NCBI GenBank assembly: GCA_020057405.1
Contig: JAGVFW010000014.1
Location: 46,852-110,851, forward strand
Direction of reading: 5' to 3'
DNA from: an archaeon
Lineage (GTDB): Archaea; Micrarchaeota; Micrarchaeia; Norongarragalinales; UBA97
DNA length: 64,000 nt
In this document: positions 1 through 9,656 of the stretch, piece after piece
Numbering within the stretch: position 1 is the first letter of the stretch
Layout of the letters: the number at the start of each line of letters is the position of its first letter
Program-made: the position numbers and the translations under genes
Notes under the pieces: model-generated
What the model was told of the DNA's origin: nothing
Database searches by the model: none
The model's input: the letters and a program-made list of their open reading frames with translations, nothing else

Positions 1-1593
1 GCGGAAGACCTCGAAAATTCGCTGCGTGTAGTTGCGCAGCGTGAGGACCGCGTTGGGATCCCACTTCTTGTAGTCGTACTCGTTTGGCCCCTCAATATAT
101 TCCATTGCCGCCAGGCCTATTTCTTTGAAGCGCAAGAGTGCGGCCTCGGCAGTAATCCATTGCGGCGAGATTGTCGAGCCTATCTTGACTCCATTTGCGC
201 CCAAGTCCGCCATGCGTTGGCGGTGTGTGGCGTTTGAAGGCAGGTCGCCGTCGCGCACGTGGCGGACTCCAAGCTCAAGTAGCCGCGGCTTTAGTAGCAA
301 GTCGTAGTTCTGGTAGGAGTTAAACGAAGTGCCGTCAGAGTAAGGCGGCTCGAAGCGGTAGCTTATGTGCACGTTGACGCCGAAGAAATCCACAAACGAG
401 TCTGACGGTGCGGGGCTCTCCTGAAGCTGGGTGACTTGCGAAATGCCGGCCGCTTGCGAGACTTCCCCTCCGCTTAGCGCCCGCGAGTAGACCCGCACGT
501 CGTCAAGCGTGCCGTCCCAGACTGGGGCGTAGATGACAACCCCCGGAGTGAACGGGCCATTGGCTGTTGTCGTGTGCTTGAGGCCAACGAATTTGCTTGC
601 CAAAAGCGCGCCGTCAAGGAATATGCTGAAGCGGTTGCCGTCGTAAGTGCAGGCGACATGATGCCACTCCCCGGCAGACACTGGCGTTGGCGAAGTAGGC
701 TCGAGGGAAACGATTTCGTTTGAGTCGGTGCGCATGGAGCATGCCCATGAGTCGGTCCACCCGCTCCAGCCGAGCTTGATTTGGGAAGGCGACCCCTTCT
801 TCTCGATGCCGCCCATCCATCCGTCCGGAAGGCCCGCCTGCAGGCCGGTTGCGTGCTTGAACCAGCCCATCACGGTGAAGGACCCGTCAAGGGCAAGGGA
901 CGGCGATTGCGAAACGTTGAGGTATTTTGAGGAAGGCGAGGTGCGAAGGCCGTTGCCGCTGTGGCCGGCTACGATGTCGCTTGAGTCGCCTGAAAGGAAT
1001 TTTCCGTTGTTGCCGTAAGCCGTGCCGTCAAAAACGTGGGTGGCGTTGTAGCTCTCGAAATCCCAGCTTCCCCGCAGGCTCGCGTCGGGAGTGGGCGAGG
1101 GTGAAGGCGAGGGCGTTGAGGTCGGAGAAGGTGTCGGAGTTGATGATGGGCCCGGCGTTGGCGTCGGAGTTGCTACAACTGTCGGCGTAGGCGAACCGAC
1201 AGGAGTTGCGGTTGGCCTTGGCGTTGGTGATATGGAGGCCAAAGGCGTTGGCGTGAGTTGCGTGATGACGCAGAGCTCGCTTGAAACAATTGCGACGCCG
1301 GCACAGCGGGCGTGGCACTCGTTGAAATAGTTTTGCCGGTCGGAACCGCAAACCGGACGGTAGACCGCAGGGCAATCGCAATTGTCAACAAAAACTGGCG
1401 TTGGAAGCGGCGTTGGCGCGGGAGTCACGACCTGCGGTTTTGGCGTGGGAGTTGGGAGAATAGTTTTTGAGTGCGGCAACTTGCCTGCTGAAATGTCTTC
1501 AAACTGCGTCTTAAGAGCGAAAAGCGCGGCGAGAAGAAGTACGACGAGAAGCATTGCCGCTAGGCCGGAATTGACAAAACCGCGCTTAGTCAT
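1..1593 (-). CDS. Secreted/surface protein, running off the left edge: signal anchor, Kazal-type module, Pro/Thr linker, LamG-like domain, glycoside hydrolase-like domain
   Basis: Translated by hand (absent from the ORF track because it has no stop in the window). Starts MTKRGFVNSGLAAMLLVVLLLAALF. Contains CDCPAVYRPVCGSDRQNYFNECHARC (Kazal), TPTPSP repeats, WHHVACTYDG...LDDVRVYSRALS (LamG) and FGVNVH...LGVRHVRD...IEGPNE (clan GH-A-like). Confidence 0.8.
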   Translation of the reverse strand, partial: MTKRGFVNSGLAAMLLVVLLLAALFALKTQFEDISAGKLPHSKTILPTPTPKPQVVTPAPTPLPTPVFVDNCDCPAVYRPVCGSDRQNYFNECHARCAGVAIVSSELCVITQLTPTPLASISPTPRPTATPVGSPTPTVVATPTPTPGPSSTPTPSPTSTPSPSPSPTPDASLRGSWDFESYNATHVFDGTAYGNNGKFLSGDSSDIVAGHSGNGLRTSPSSKYLNVSQSPSLALDGSFTVMGWFKHATGLQAGLPDGWMGGIEKKGSPSQIKLGWSGWTDSWACSMRTDSNEIVSLEPTSPTPVSAGEWHHVACTYDGNRFSIFLDGALLASKFVGLKHTTTANGPFTPGVVIYAPVWDGTLDDVRVYSRALSGGEVSQAAGISQVTQLQESPAPSDSFVDFFGVNVHISYRFEPPYSDGTSFNSYQNYDLLLKPRLLELGVRHVRDGDLPSNATHRQRMADLGANGVKIGSTISPQWITAEAALLRFKEIGLAAMEYIEGPNEYDYKKWDPNAVLTLRNYTQRIFEVFR

Positions 1594-1739
1594 TTTGCTT
1601 ATGTGATAAGACGGCTGGCCTTTTTTTGGTTTGCGCTTGCAGGGGGGAAGCCTGCAAAGTATAATAAGCGTTCAGCGCAGCTATACTGTCTAGCGCCTTC
1701 TAGTATTCGGAGCGCTTTTTCATCTGGGGGGTGCCCGAC

Positions 1740-1985
1740 ATGTCCGACGTTGCTAAAATTGTTTCCTTCCTAGACCAGCTTTTGGACGACACTTCAGTCC
1801 CGAAGAACGTCCGCGCGTCAATAGCCGCCGCCAAGGACCGACTGCTTTCGGCAGAGGGCGGGGCGGGAGTCGCCTCGGCAATCTATTCACTCGACGAGGT
1901 AAGCAGCGACATCAACATGCCGATGCATGCCAGGACAATCATCTGGAACATCCTCTCAGAACTCGAATCGATGAAGCGCGACTAA
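1740..1985 (+). CDS. UPF0147 family protein
   Basis: DTSVPKNVR...AIYSLDEVSSDINMPMHARTIIWNILSELE matches the archaeal UPF0147 pattern. Confidence 0.85.
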   Translation: MSDVAKIVSFLDQLLDDTSVPKNVRASIAAAKDRLLSAEGGAGVASAIYSLDEVSSDINMPMHARTIIWNILSELESMKRD

Positions 1986-1993
1986 GAAGCCAA

Positions 1994-2479
1994 CTAGCTT
2001 TCCGCAGTCACCACGTTCGGCATCATCCGATAATCTTCTTTTACAGTGTTTAGCACCACGTGGGTGTTGCTTGACTGCACTTTATCGATTGCGAGAATCT
2101 TTTTCACCAATCGCGAGAACTCGCTCCTTGACTTGACGCGGGCAATTACCATGCTGTCGCGCTCGCCCGTCACATCATAGACGGAAACCACGCCCGGCAT
2201 TTGCGCAATCTTGCGCTGCACCTCAAGCAGGGCGCCCTTTGCAATCGTCACCTCGATTATGGCTGTGAACTCATAGCCAAGGCGCGAGTAGTCAAAGTCA
2301 GCAGTGTAGCCAAGCACCACGCCAGACTTCTCAAGCCGGTGCAGCCGCTGGATGATTGTTGCTGGCGACGCATGAAGCTTGTCCGCGAGCTTGCGGAAAC
2401 TGGTTCTTGAATCACGGCGCAATTCCTCAAGCAAACGCGCGTCAAGCCCGTCCAACTCAACAGCCAATTGTTCAGCCAC
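1994..2479 (-). CDS. Lrp/AsnC family transcriptional regulator
   Basis: N-terminal HTH (LDARLLEELRRDSRTSFRKLA) and RAM domain (VYDVTGERD). Divergent from glnA. The GTG start is inferred. Confidence 0.9.
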   Translation of the reverse strand: MAEQLAVELDGLDARLLEELRRDSRTSFRKLADKLHASPATIIQRLHRLEKSGVVLGYTADFDYSRLGYEFTAIIEVTIAKGALLEVQRKIAQMPGVVSVYDVTGERDSMVIARVKSRSEFSRLVKKILAIDKVQSSNTHVVLNTVKEDYRMMPNVVTAES

Positions 2480-2635
2480 CGACCAAAAACACCTCAAAAA
2501 GATAATCAAATGCACCTATTTAACCCTTAGCACTCAACAAACGTTCAATAATCGCGTTAAAGGCAATAAATTTATTAACTAGCAGTTTCCTCAACGGCTT
2601 AGTATTTTTTAACGGTTCTTTAGGGGGGAGTCTAG

Positions 2636-4048
2636 ATGGTTGGGGATGGCATTAGTCTTCTGGAGTTTTTCAAGCGCGACAAGATTCGGTGGGTTGACCT
2701 GCAGTTCGTCGACGTCACGGGTGCGCTTCAGCACATTACCGTCCCGGCGCACACCATCGGCGAGGAGGACCTGAAAAACGGCATCGGCAAGCTCGACGGT
2801 TCCTCAATCAAGGGGTTCAAGGCCATCTTCGAGAGCGACATGATACTCATGCCGGCGGCCTCAACCTACGCGAAAATCCCGTGGGAGCCGGACACTGCCC
2901 GCGTCTTCTGCGACATCTACGAATCGGGAGGAAAGGAGCGCTTTAGCCGCGACAGCCGATTCATGGCACAAAAGGCCGAAGCGGAACTTGCAAAGAACGG
3001 CTTTGACGTGAGCTACTGGGGCCCCGAGGCGGAGTTCTTTGTCTTTGACGGCGTCAAGGTCGATGCCTTAACGCCGTATAAGGGTCAAAGCTACGAAATC
3101 ATTTCCCGCGAGGCAGCGTGGTCAAGCGAGGGGACGAACTACCCCATCCGCTTCAAGGAAGGCTACTACCCGACCCCGCCTGTCGACACGCTCCAAGAAT
3201 TCCGGCGCGTTGCGTGCAACATGCTTGAAGACGCCTTTGGCATGCGCATCGACGCGCACCACCACGAGGTCGCAACCGCCGGGCAAGTCGAGATTGACAT
3301 GCACTACGACTCGCTACTAAAGATGGCCGACCAGCTCGTCACCTACAAGTATGCAATCAAGAACGCGGCTGCCCAGATGGGCAAGATAGTGACTTTCATG
3401 CCCAAGCCCCTCTTTGGCGACAACGGCAGCGGCATGCACGTGCACCAGAGCCTGTGGGCAGCAGGGCGAAACAAGTTCTATGACGAAAGCGACAAGTACG
3501 CGCAAGTCTCGCAAGCCTGCCGATACTACATCGGCGGCATCCTCAAGCACGGCCGCGCGCTTTCGGCGCTCTTGTCACCGACAACGAACAGCTACAAGCG
3601 TCTCGTGCCAGGCTACGAAGCGCCAATTTATTTGGCCTGGAGCAGGCGCAACCGCTCGGCAGCCGTCCGCATCCCCGCCTACCACTCTAACGAGGGTGCA
3701 AAACGCATCGAGTACCGCTCGCCCGATCCTGCTGCCAACCCCTACGTCGCCTTTGCGGCAATGGCCGCAGCCGGCCTTGACGGCATCAAGCACAAGATTG
3801 AGCCCGGCGACCCGATTGACGAAAACATCTGGCACCTTAGCCCGGCGAAGCGGCGCGAGCTTGGCGTGCACGAGCTGCCGGGCAGTCTTGAGGAAGCCGT
3901 TCTCGAGCTTGAAGCGAACCACAAGTTCCTTGAGCCAATCTTCACCGAGGACTTCATCATCGCCTACGCTGACCTCAAGCGCGAGGAAGCAAAGCAAAAC
4001 TCGATTCGGCCGACGCCCTACGAATTCCAGCAGTACCTAGACGTTTAA
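2636..4048 (+). CDS. glnA: Type I glutamine synthetase
   Basis: DGSSIKGF, GPEAEFF, HHHEVATAGQ, MPKPLFGDNGSGMH, YKRLVPGYEAP and RIEYRSPDP motifs. Confidence 0.97.
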   Translation: MVGDGISLLEFFKRDKIRWVDLQFVDVTGALQHITVPAHTIGEEDLKNGIGKLDGSSIKGFKAIFESDMILMPAASTYAKIPWEPDTARVFCDIYESGGKERFSRDSRFMAQKAEAELAKNGFDVSYWGPEAEFFVFDGVKVDALTPYKGQSYEIISREAAWSSEGTNYPIRFKEGYYPTPPVDTLQEFRRVACNMLEDAFGMRIDAHHHEVATAGQVEIDMHYDSLLKMADQLVTYKYAIKNAAAQMGKIVTFMPKPLFGDNGSGMHVHQSLWAAGRNKFYDESDKYAQVSQACRYYIGGILKHGRALSALLSPTTNSYKRLVPGYEAPIYLAWSRRNRSAAVRIPAYHSNEGAKRIEYRSPDPAANPYVAFAAMAAAGLDGIKHKIEPGDPIDENIWHLSPAKRRELGVHELPGSLEEAVLELEANHKFLEPIFTEDFIIAYADLKREEAKQNSIRPTPYEFQQYLDV

Positions 4049-4074
4049 CAAGAGTCAGGCAACCCCCGAGGCAA

Positions 4075-4131
4075 AGACAGGCGGTTAAGTCACCGCCTAG
4101 TCTCATTCAAGGACGCTTTCCAAGAAGCGTC
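4075..4131 (+). terminator. Two stem-loops downstream of glnA (possible 3' UTR or terminator structure)
   Basis: Inverted repeats AGGCGGT/ACCGCCT (4079-4098) and GACGCTT/AAGCGTC (4112-4131). Confidence 0.4.
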
Positions 4132-4204
4132 AGTTAGCGCAAGCATTCATAACCAAGGCTAATCACAAGCGCTTTAATTCAGCTCAAGCAATATCCATAC
4201 GAAA

Positions 4205-5401
4205 ATGGCATTCGAAGCAGTTACCCTGGACCTGCAGATGAGCGTGCTTTTGCTCGTCGCGATCTTGGGTTATTTGTTGTCAGTCAAGCTTGGCCACGCG
4301 GTCGTCCTCGGCGAAGTGCTCGCGGGCATAGTCTTCGGCCCGACCTTCCTAGGCATCATCACATTTAACGAATTTCTCCAAACCATGGCGTCCTTCGGTG
4401 CGATTGTGCTGCTTTTCACCGTCGGCCTTGAGACTAAACTGCGTGATGTCTACAACTTCAAGAGCCTGTGGGTCGCTCTCGGCGGAGTGACATTACCATG
4501 GATAGGCGGCTACGCAACAGCAACTCTCTTCGGCTACTCGACACTCGAGGCGGTCTTCATTGGCACTGCGCTAACCGCGACCAGCATCGCAATCACAGTC
4601 GCGGTCTTGCGGGAATTTGGCGCCCTTGACACTGCAGTTGCAAAGACCATCATTGGCGCTGCTGTTGTCGACGACGTGCTCAGCCTCATCCTCTTGAGCG
4701 CCACAGTCGGTGCCGGAACCGGCGCACTGACGCTCGAATCATTCACTGCACCCGCATTCTACGCAATCGCATTCATCGCAATCGGCCTGATGCTAGGCAC
4801 ATTCTTCGCAAGCATCCTGCGCAAGCTCGACCACCTCGTGGCTACCCGCAGCTACCCCGAAAACATCACGCTCATCGCAGCATTCGCTGTCGCCTTCGCC
4901 TACGCTACAGTCGCCGAACTAATGGGCCTTAGCGCCATTGTAGGTGCCTTCATCGCTGGCGTCAGCCTCGAACCCATCGCCAGCCGCGGCTTCCGTGAGG
5001 GCGCGCGCAACCTCGAAGCCATCTTCTCCGCAATCTTCTTCGTCTCACTGGGCGCCCTCGTCAAGATAGACCCGGCAACGCTAGTTGCAGCCGCGCCATT
5101 CGTAATCGTCCTCACGCTAGTCGCTGCGGCGACCAAACTCGCCGGATGCTACCTGCCAGCCAGCCTCGCCGGACACAACCAAAAAGAGGCACTCGCAATC
5201 GGCGTTGGCATGATTCCGCGGGGAGAAGTCGCGCTCATCGTTGCCCTCATCGGACTTAACGCGGGCATTATCGCGCAATCGACTTACGCCATCCTCCTCT
5301 TCGTCACCATGCTCACGACCGTCATCACGCCAATTTTCCTCAAGCCTATGTTCCCCCGCCCGCAAAAGCAATCTCGCGTTTCCGGAAAGAAGCGCAAATG
5401 A
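4205..5401 (+). CDS. Cation:proton antiporter (CPA2 family)
   Basis: Many TM helices; GEVLAGIVFGP, ATSIAIT, AAVVDD and GMIPRGEVAL motifs. Confidence 0.9.
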   Translation: MAFEAVTLDLQMSVLLLVAILGYLLSVKLGHAVVLGEVLAGIVFGPTFLGIITFNEFLQTMASFGAIVLLFTVGLETKLRDVYNFKSLWVALGGVTLPWIGGYATATLFGYSTLEAVFIGTALTATSIAITVAVLREFGALDTAVAKTIIGAAVVDDVLSLILLSATVGAGTGALTLESFTAPAFYAIAFIAIGLMLGTFFASILRKLDHLVATRSYPENITLIAAFAVAFAYATVAELMGLSAIVGAFIAGVSLEPIASRGFREGARNLEAIFSAIFFVSLGALVKIDPATLVAAAPFVIVLTLVAAATKLAGCYLPASLAGHNQKEALAIGVGMIPRGEVALIVALIGLNAGIIAQSTYAILLFVTMLTTVITPIFLKPMFPRPQKQSRVSGKKRK

Positions 5402-6726
5402 ACTACAACGCCGCCCTGAGGTTTCTCGACACGCTGCCAGCAGAAGGCGCCAACCTAAAGGCCAACGCCATGCGCCTCGAGCGAATGCACCTTTTGCTCA
5501 AGCTCTTGGGCAACCCGCATCGCCGCTACCAAGCCATTCACGTTGCCGGCACCGCAGGAAAGGGAAGCACGTGCGCAATCGCGGCCCAACTCTTAACCGC
5601 CCACGGCGTGCTCACGGGCCTGCACTCCTCGCCCCACCTGCAAACCATCCGAGAGCGAATGTCAGTTGACGGCAAAAAGATTTCCGAGAGCGAGTTTGCC
5701 GCCCTAGCAACCAAAATCGAGCCATTGTGCAAGCGCGTTGCAAAGCAACTTCCAAAGTTCGGCATTCCCACGTATTACGAAGCAACTCTCGCAATGGCAT
5801 TCCAGCACTTTGCCGATAACGGCGTGAAAATTGCGGTTGTCGAGACGGGCTTGGGCGGTGCCCTCGACGCAACTAATGTGCTAAAACCAAAAGTCGCAGT
5901 CATCACGAACGTTGGCCTTGACCACACGGAAATACTCGGGCATACAATCGCGCTTATTGCAAAAGACAAGGCAGGCATAATCAAGCGCGGCGCGATCGTG
6001 GTGACTGGCGCTAATGGAAGCGCACTAAAAATAATTGAAAAAAAAGCACTGAAAAATCACGCGCCCATTCTACGGCTGGGCAACGAAATTCTCATCGACA
6101 GCGTTTTGTGCGATGCCAACGGCAGCACGTTCTGCCTGCACCTGCTAGGCAAGCATTTCCACAACCTGCGCTTATCGCTAGTCGGCCCTTACCAGGCGGT
6201 AAACGCCGGGCTCGCAATTGCGGCATGTAGCAAAATCATCAAGCTTGACGAAAAGAAAGTGCGAAAACCCCTCGCAACCGCATTTGTGCCTTGCCGTCTT
6301 GAAATAATGCAGCGAAAGCCGCTCGTCATTCTCGACGGGGCGCACAACCCGATGAAAGCACGCGCGCTTGCGGCAACCCTGCCACTCTTTGGGCATAAAT
6401 TTGTTTTCGTCGTCGGCATTTCAGCAACAAAAGACGCGGCCGGCATCATAAGGGCGCTAAAGCCGCTGGCGGCAGAATTTATTTTCACCCGCGGGAGTGA
6501 CGGGAAACGGTTTTACCCGCCGCAGGAGCTAAAAGCGATTGCTGGAATGGGGAAAGTGGAGCCGAACTTGAGAAAGGCAGTCCCTCTTGCGCTCTCAATT
6601 GCCCTGCGCCGCAAAGTGCCCGCCTGCGTCACCGGCTCGCTTTACGTGGCGGGCGAGGCTCGGGGGTTCTGGGCAAAGGCCGCGGCTAGAAGCAGGGGGA
6701 AGGGCTTAAAGCCTCATTACCTTTAA
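5398..6726 (+). CDS. folC: Folylpolyglutamate synthase / dihydrofolate synthase
   Basis: IHVAGTAGKGS P-loop, SPHL, ETGLGGALDATN, DHTEILG and LDGAHN motifs. Confidence 0.93.
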   Translation: MNYNAALRFLDTLPAEGANLKANAMRLERMHLLLKLLGNPHRRYQAIHVAGTAGKGSTCAIAAQLLTAHGVLTGLHSSPHLQTIRERMSVDGKKISESEFAALATKIEPLCKRVAKQLPKFGIPTYYEATLAMAFQHFADNGVKIAVVETGLGGALDATNVLKPKVAVITNVGLDHTEILGHTIALIAKDKAGIIKRGAIVVTGANGSALKIIEKKALKNHAPILRLGNEILIDSVLCDANGSTFCLHLLGKHFHNLRLSLVGPYQAVNAGLAIAACSKIIKLDEKKVRKPLATAFVPCRLEIMQRKPLVILDGAHNPMKARALAATLPLFGHKFVFVVGISATKDAAGIIRALKPLAAEFIFTRGSDGKRFYPPQELKAIAGMGKVEPNLRKAVPLALSIALRRKVPACVTGSLYVAGEARGFWAKAAARSRGKGLKPHYL

Positions 6727-6833
6727 ATGCGTTCCTAGCCTAATCACTCCAGTTTAAGGCGCGATTAAGCGCCGCAATCCACATAAGTTATTTTTCAGCC
6801 CGCATGGGTGGAATGCGTTGGGAAGTGGCAGGA

Positions 6834-8336
6834 ATGGAAAGGGAAGAGATAGTCTCTAGGCTTCGCGAGCGAAAGCTCTTGGTCGCTCCAGACGCGGTCG
6901 ACCACCTCGTTGGCGAGCACGCGGGCGAGGCCGAAGAAATAATCAAGCGCATCATCGAGCGCGCAAGCGGGCCGTTTGTCTCACGCGAGTTAGTCGAAGA
7001 GACAGTCAGCGACATGCACGAGGCCCAAAAAATCAAGAGCATCGTCGTACTCCAGCAAGCCAATTACACTCCCGCGGCAAAGGACGTCGAGGCGGACGTC
7101 AAGATCCACGACGAGTGGGATGTGACCGGCAAGAGCACGTGCACTGGCCACGTCGAGGACTTTGTCAACTACTTCCGCGACAGGCTCGCCCGCGAGAGCC
7201 ACTTGCTTAAGAACCGGCCAAGCGACCTTGGCGTCACGCGCATGTCGGCACTCAAGCAGTCAATGCAAAAGAAGAACGCACGCATTGTCGGGATGGTGTG
7301 GGAAAAGCGCGTCACGAAAAACGGCCACACCTTAATCGACATCGAGGACGAAGAGACGTCATTGCCGTGCTTCATCTCAAAGGACGCCCCTGCGGCGCTT
7401 AAGGAGGCGGCCAACGACATCGTTTCGGACGAAGTCATTGGCTTTGACGGGTACCTTAGCAACGGCCTTTTCATCGTCAAGGAAATCATCTGGCCCGACA
7501 TCCCGATTCGTGAAAAGAAGCTGGTGGAGGACGACATTGCCATTGCATTCATTTCAGACCTGCAAATCGGCAGCCGCTATTTCATGCAGGAGAACTTCAC
7601 GCGCTTTCTCAAATTCATCAACGGCGATGCCGAGAAGCCGCAGGATCGCGAGTTGGCAGGAAAAATCAAGTACTTGTGCGTCGCGGGCGACGTGGTTGAC
7701 GGCATCGGCATCTACCCCGAGCAGGAAAAAGAGCTTGTAACCAAGGACGTCTACACGCAGTACGAAATCTTCTCGGAATACATGAAAAGCGTGCCAGAGC
7801 ACATCCAGATCCTCATCGGACCCGGCAACCATGATGCCGTCCGGATTGCGCAGCCGCGGCCCAGGCTGCCAAACGAGTTTACCAAAGCGTTTGAAGGGTA
7901 TTCCAACATCCATTTAGTCGGCGACCCGGCCTTTTTCGAGCTGCATGGCTTGCGAACGATGATGTTTCACGGCGACGGCTTCTTCTCACTTGCGGCAAAC
8001 ATGCCGAAACTAAGCGGCGCGTACACCAACCCCGAGCGCGCGGCGGTTGAGATGCTCAAAAAGCGCCACCTCTCGCCCATCTATGGGGAGAACCCGGTTG
8101 TGCCTGAAAAGACTGACTTTCTTTTCTTGCGCGAAGTGCCCGACTTAGTGCACTTTGGCCACGTTCACCACAATGGCTACGCTACTTACCGCGGCACTAC
8201 GGTAATCAACAGCGGCACCTGGCAGTCGACAACCGCCTACCAGCTAAAGCAAGGCCACTTGCCAACTCCGGGACAGCTTCCCATTTACAGCGCCCGGACG
8301 GGCACGCTAAACATTCTTGATTTTGGAGGCGATTGA
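6834..8336 (+). CDS. polB: DNA polymerase D small subunit DP1 (proofreading exonuclease)
   Basis: OB fold followed by calcineurin-like motifs GDVVDGIGIYP, GNHD, RHLSPIYG, GHVH and NSGTWQ. An alternative start is at 6804. Confidence 0.93.
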   Translation: MEREEIVSRLRERKLLVAPDAVDHLVGEHAGEAEEIIKRIIERASGPFVSRELVEETVSDMHEAQKIKSIVVLQQANYTPAAKDVEADVKIHDEWDVTGKSTCTGHVEDFVNYFRDRLARESHLLKNRPSDLGVTRMSALKQSMQKKNARIVGMVWEKRVTKNGHTLIDIEDEETSLPCFISKDAPAALKEAANDIVSDEVIGFDGYLSNGLFIVKEIIWPDIPIREKKLVEDDIAIAFISDLQIGSRYFMQENFTRFLKFINGDAEKPQDRELAGKIKYLCVAGDVVDGIGIYPEQEKELVTKDVYTQYEIFSEYMKSVPEHIQILIGPGNHDAVRIAQPRPRLPNEFTKAFEGYSNIHLVGDPAFFELHGLRTMMFHGDGFFSLAANMPKLSGAYTNPERAAVEMLKKRHLSPIYGENPVVPEKTDFLFLREVPDLVHFGHVHHNGYATYRGTTVINSGTWQSTTAYQLKQGHLPTPGQLPIYSARTGTLNILDFGGD

Positions 8337-8337
8337 A

Positions 8338-9126
8338 ATGGCATACGAAAAACAGCTGAAGGCGGCGGTCGGCGCTGCAAAAGCTGCGGGAAAAGTCTTG
8401 ATGAAGCACCGGGGCGCCAAATTGTCGCTTTCGATGAAGGAAAGCAACGACTTTGCAACCCAGGCGGACTTTGAGTCGCAGGCGCTTGTGAAAAAAATGC
8501 TTGCAAAAGCTTTTCCGGACTACTCTTTTCTCGGCGAGGAAGACAAAAAGCACTCCACCGACTACCGGGGCTTCAAGTGGATTGTCGACCCGCTTGACGG
8601 CACGATAAACTACGCCCTTGGCCTGCCGTGGTTCTGCACCTCAATTGCCTTGGCGAAAGACGGCGAGCCAGTCCTTGGCGTCATCTATTCGCCAGTCTCA
8701 AAAGAACTCTTCGTCGCGGTTACTGGGGGCGGCTCGTTTCTTAACGGCAAGCGGCTTAGCGTGTCGAAAAAGCCCCTAGAGCAGCTGGCCCTCGGCTTTT
8801 CTATTTCCCACCGGCCGGAAAACTCCCGCCGGGTTGTCAAGCACCTGCCATTCCTGCACCCCATTTGCCTACGATTTAGGTGCATCGGCTCGATTGCCGA
8901 AGAAGTTTGCCACGTCGCAAGCGGCAGGTTCGGCGCGTACTATAACCTCATCTCAACGCCCTGGGATTTCGCAGCTGCGAAAGTCATTGTCGAAGAGGCA
9001 GGCGGGATTACAAGCGACTTGACGGGCAAAGCGTGGAAGCCAACGTCGCCAAACATCCTCGTCGCCAATAGCAAGCGCAGCCAAAGGCTCTTGATAGAAG
9101 CAATTGCCATGGGAGAACGGTCATGA
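8338..9126 (+). CDS. Inositol monophosphatase family protein
   Basis: GEE, WIVDPLDGTINY and WDFAAAKVIVEEAGG motifs. Confidence 0.92.
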   Translation: MAYEKQLKAAVGAAKAAGKVLMKHRGAKLSLSMKESNDFATQADFESQALVKKMLAKAFPDYSFLGEEDKKHSTDYRGFKWIVDPLDGTINYALGLPWFCTSIALAKDGEPVLGVIYSPVSKELFVAVTGGGSFLNGKRLSVSKKPLEQLALGFSISHRPENSRRVVKHLPFLHPICLRFRCIGSIAEEVCHVASGRFGAYYNLISTPWDFAAAKVIVEEAGGITSDLTGKAWKPTSPNILVANSKRSQRLLIEAIAMGERS

Positions 9127-9656
9127 GCGAAAAGCAGCCTGCAGCGGACGGCAATGAAAGCCATGCGGAGGAAGTCGAGGGAACGCCAGTCCAGCGCCAC
9201 TTCTGCAGCACCACTTACGTCACGCAAAAGCAGTCCGGCGTCTTCAAGACTCTTCTCCTAATGCACAAGAAGCTCGGCGTGTGGCTCCCGCCCGGCGGGC
9301 ACGTTGAGGAAAACGAGCTGCCCCACGAGGCTGCCTTGCGCGAAGTGTTTGAGGAAACCGGGTTGCGGGTGACTTTAGACGGTGGCAATGAAGGGAAGGC
9401 AATGGGCGAACGGACGCTCTTGCTGCCGCCGGCTCACCACCTGCAGCTTGAGGAAATCGAGGCGGGCCGCCATTATCACATTGACTTCATTTATTTTGCA
9501 ACCGCTCCCGACGGGGCGCAAGTGGTTGACGGGGAAAACCACGGCGACATAAAGTGGTTTGACGAGCACGAAATCCGCGCGATTGCGGAAAAAGACATGT
9601 TTGGCGAAGCGCGCTTGAATGCGCTTGAAAGCATTTGGAGGCACGACAAACACTAA
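9123..9656 (+). CDS. NUDIX hydrolase
   Basis: Nudix box GGHVEENELPHEAALREVFEETG. Confidence 0.92.
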   Translation: MSEKQPAADGNESHAEEVEGTPVQRHFCSTTYVTQKQSGVFKTLLLMHKKLGVWLPPGGHVEENELPHEAALREVFEETGLRVTLDGGNEGKAMGERTLLLPPAHHLQLEEIEAGRHYHIDFIYFATAPDGAQVVDGENHGDIKWFDEHEIRAIAEKDMFGEARLNALESIWRHDKH

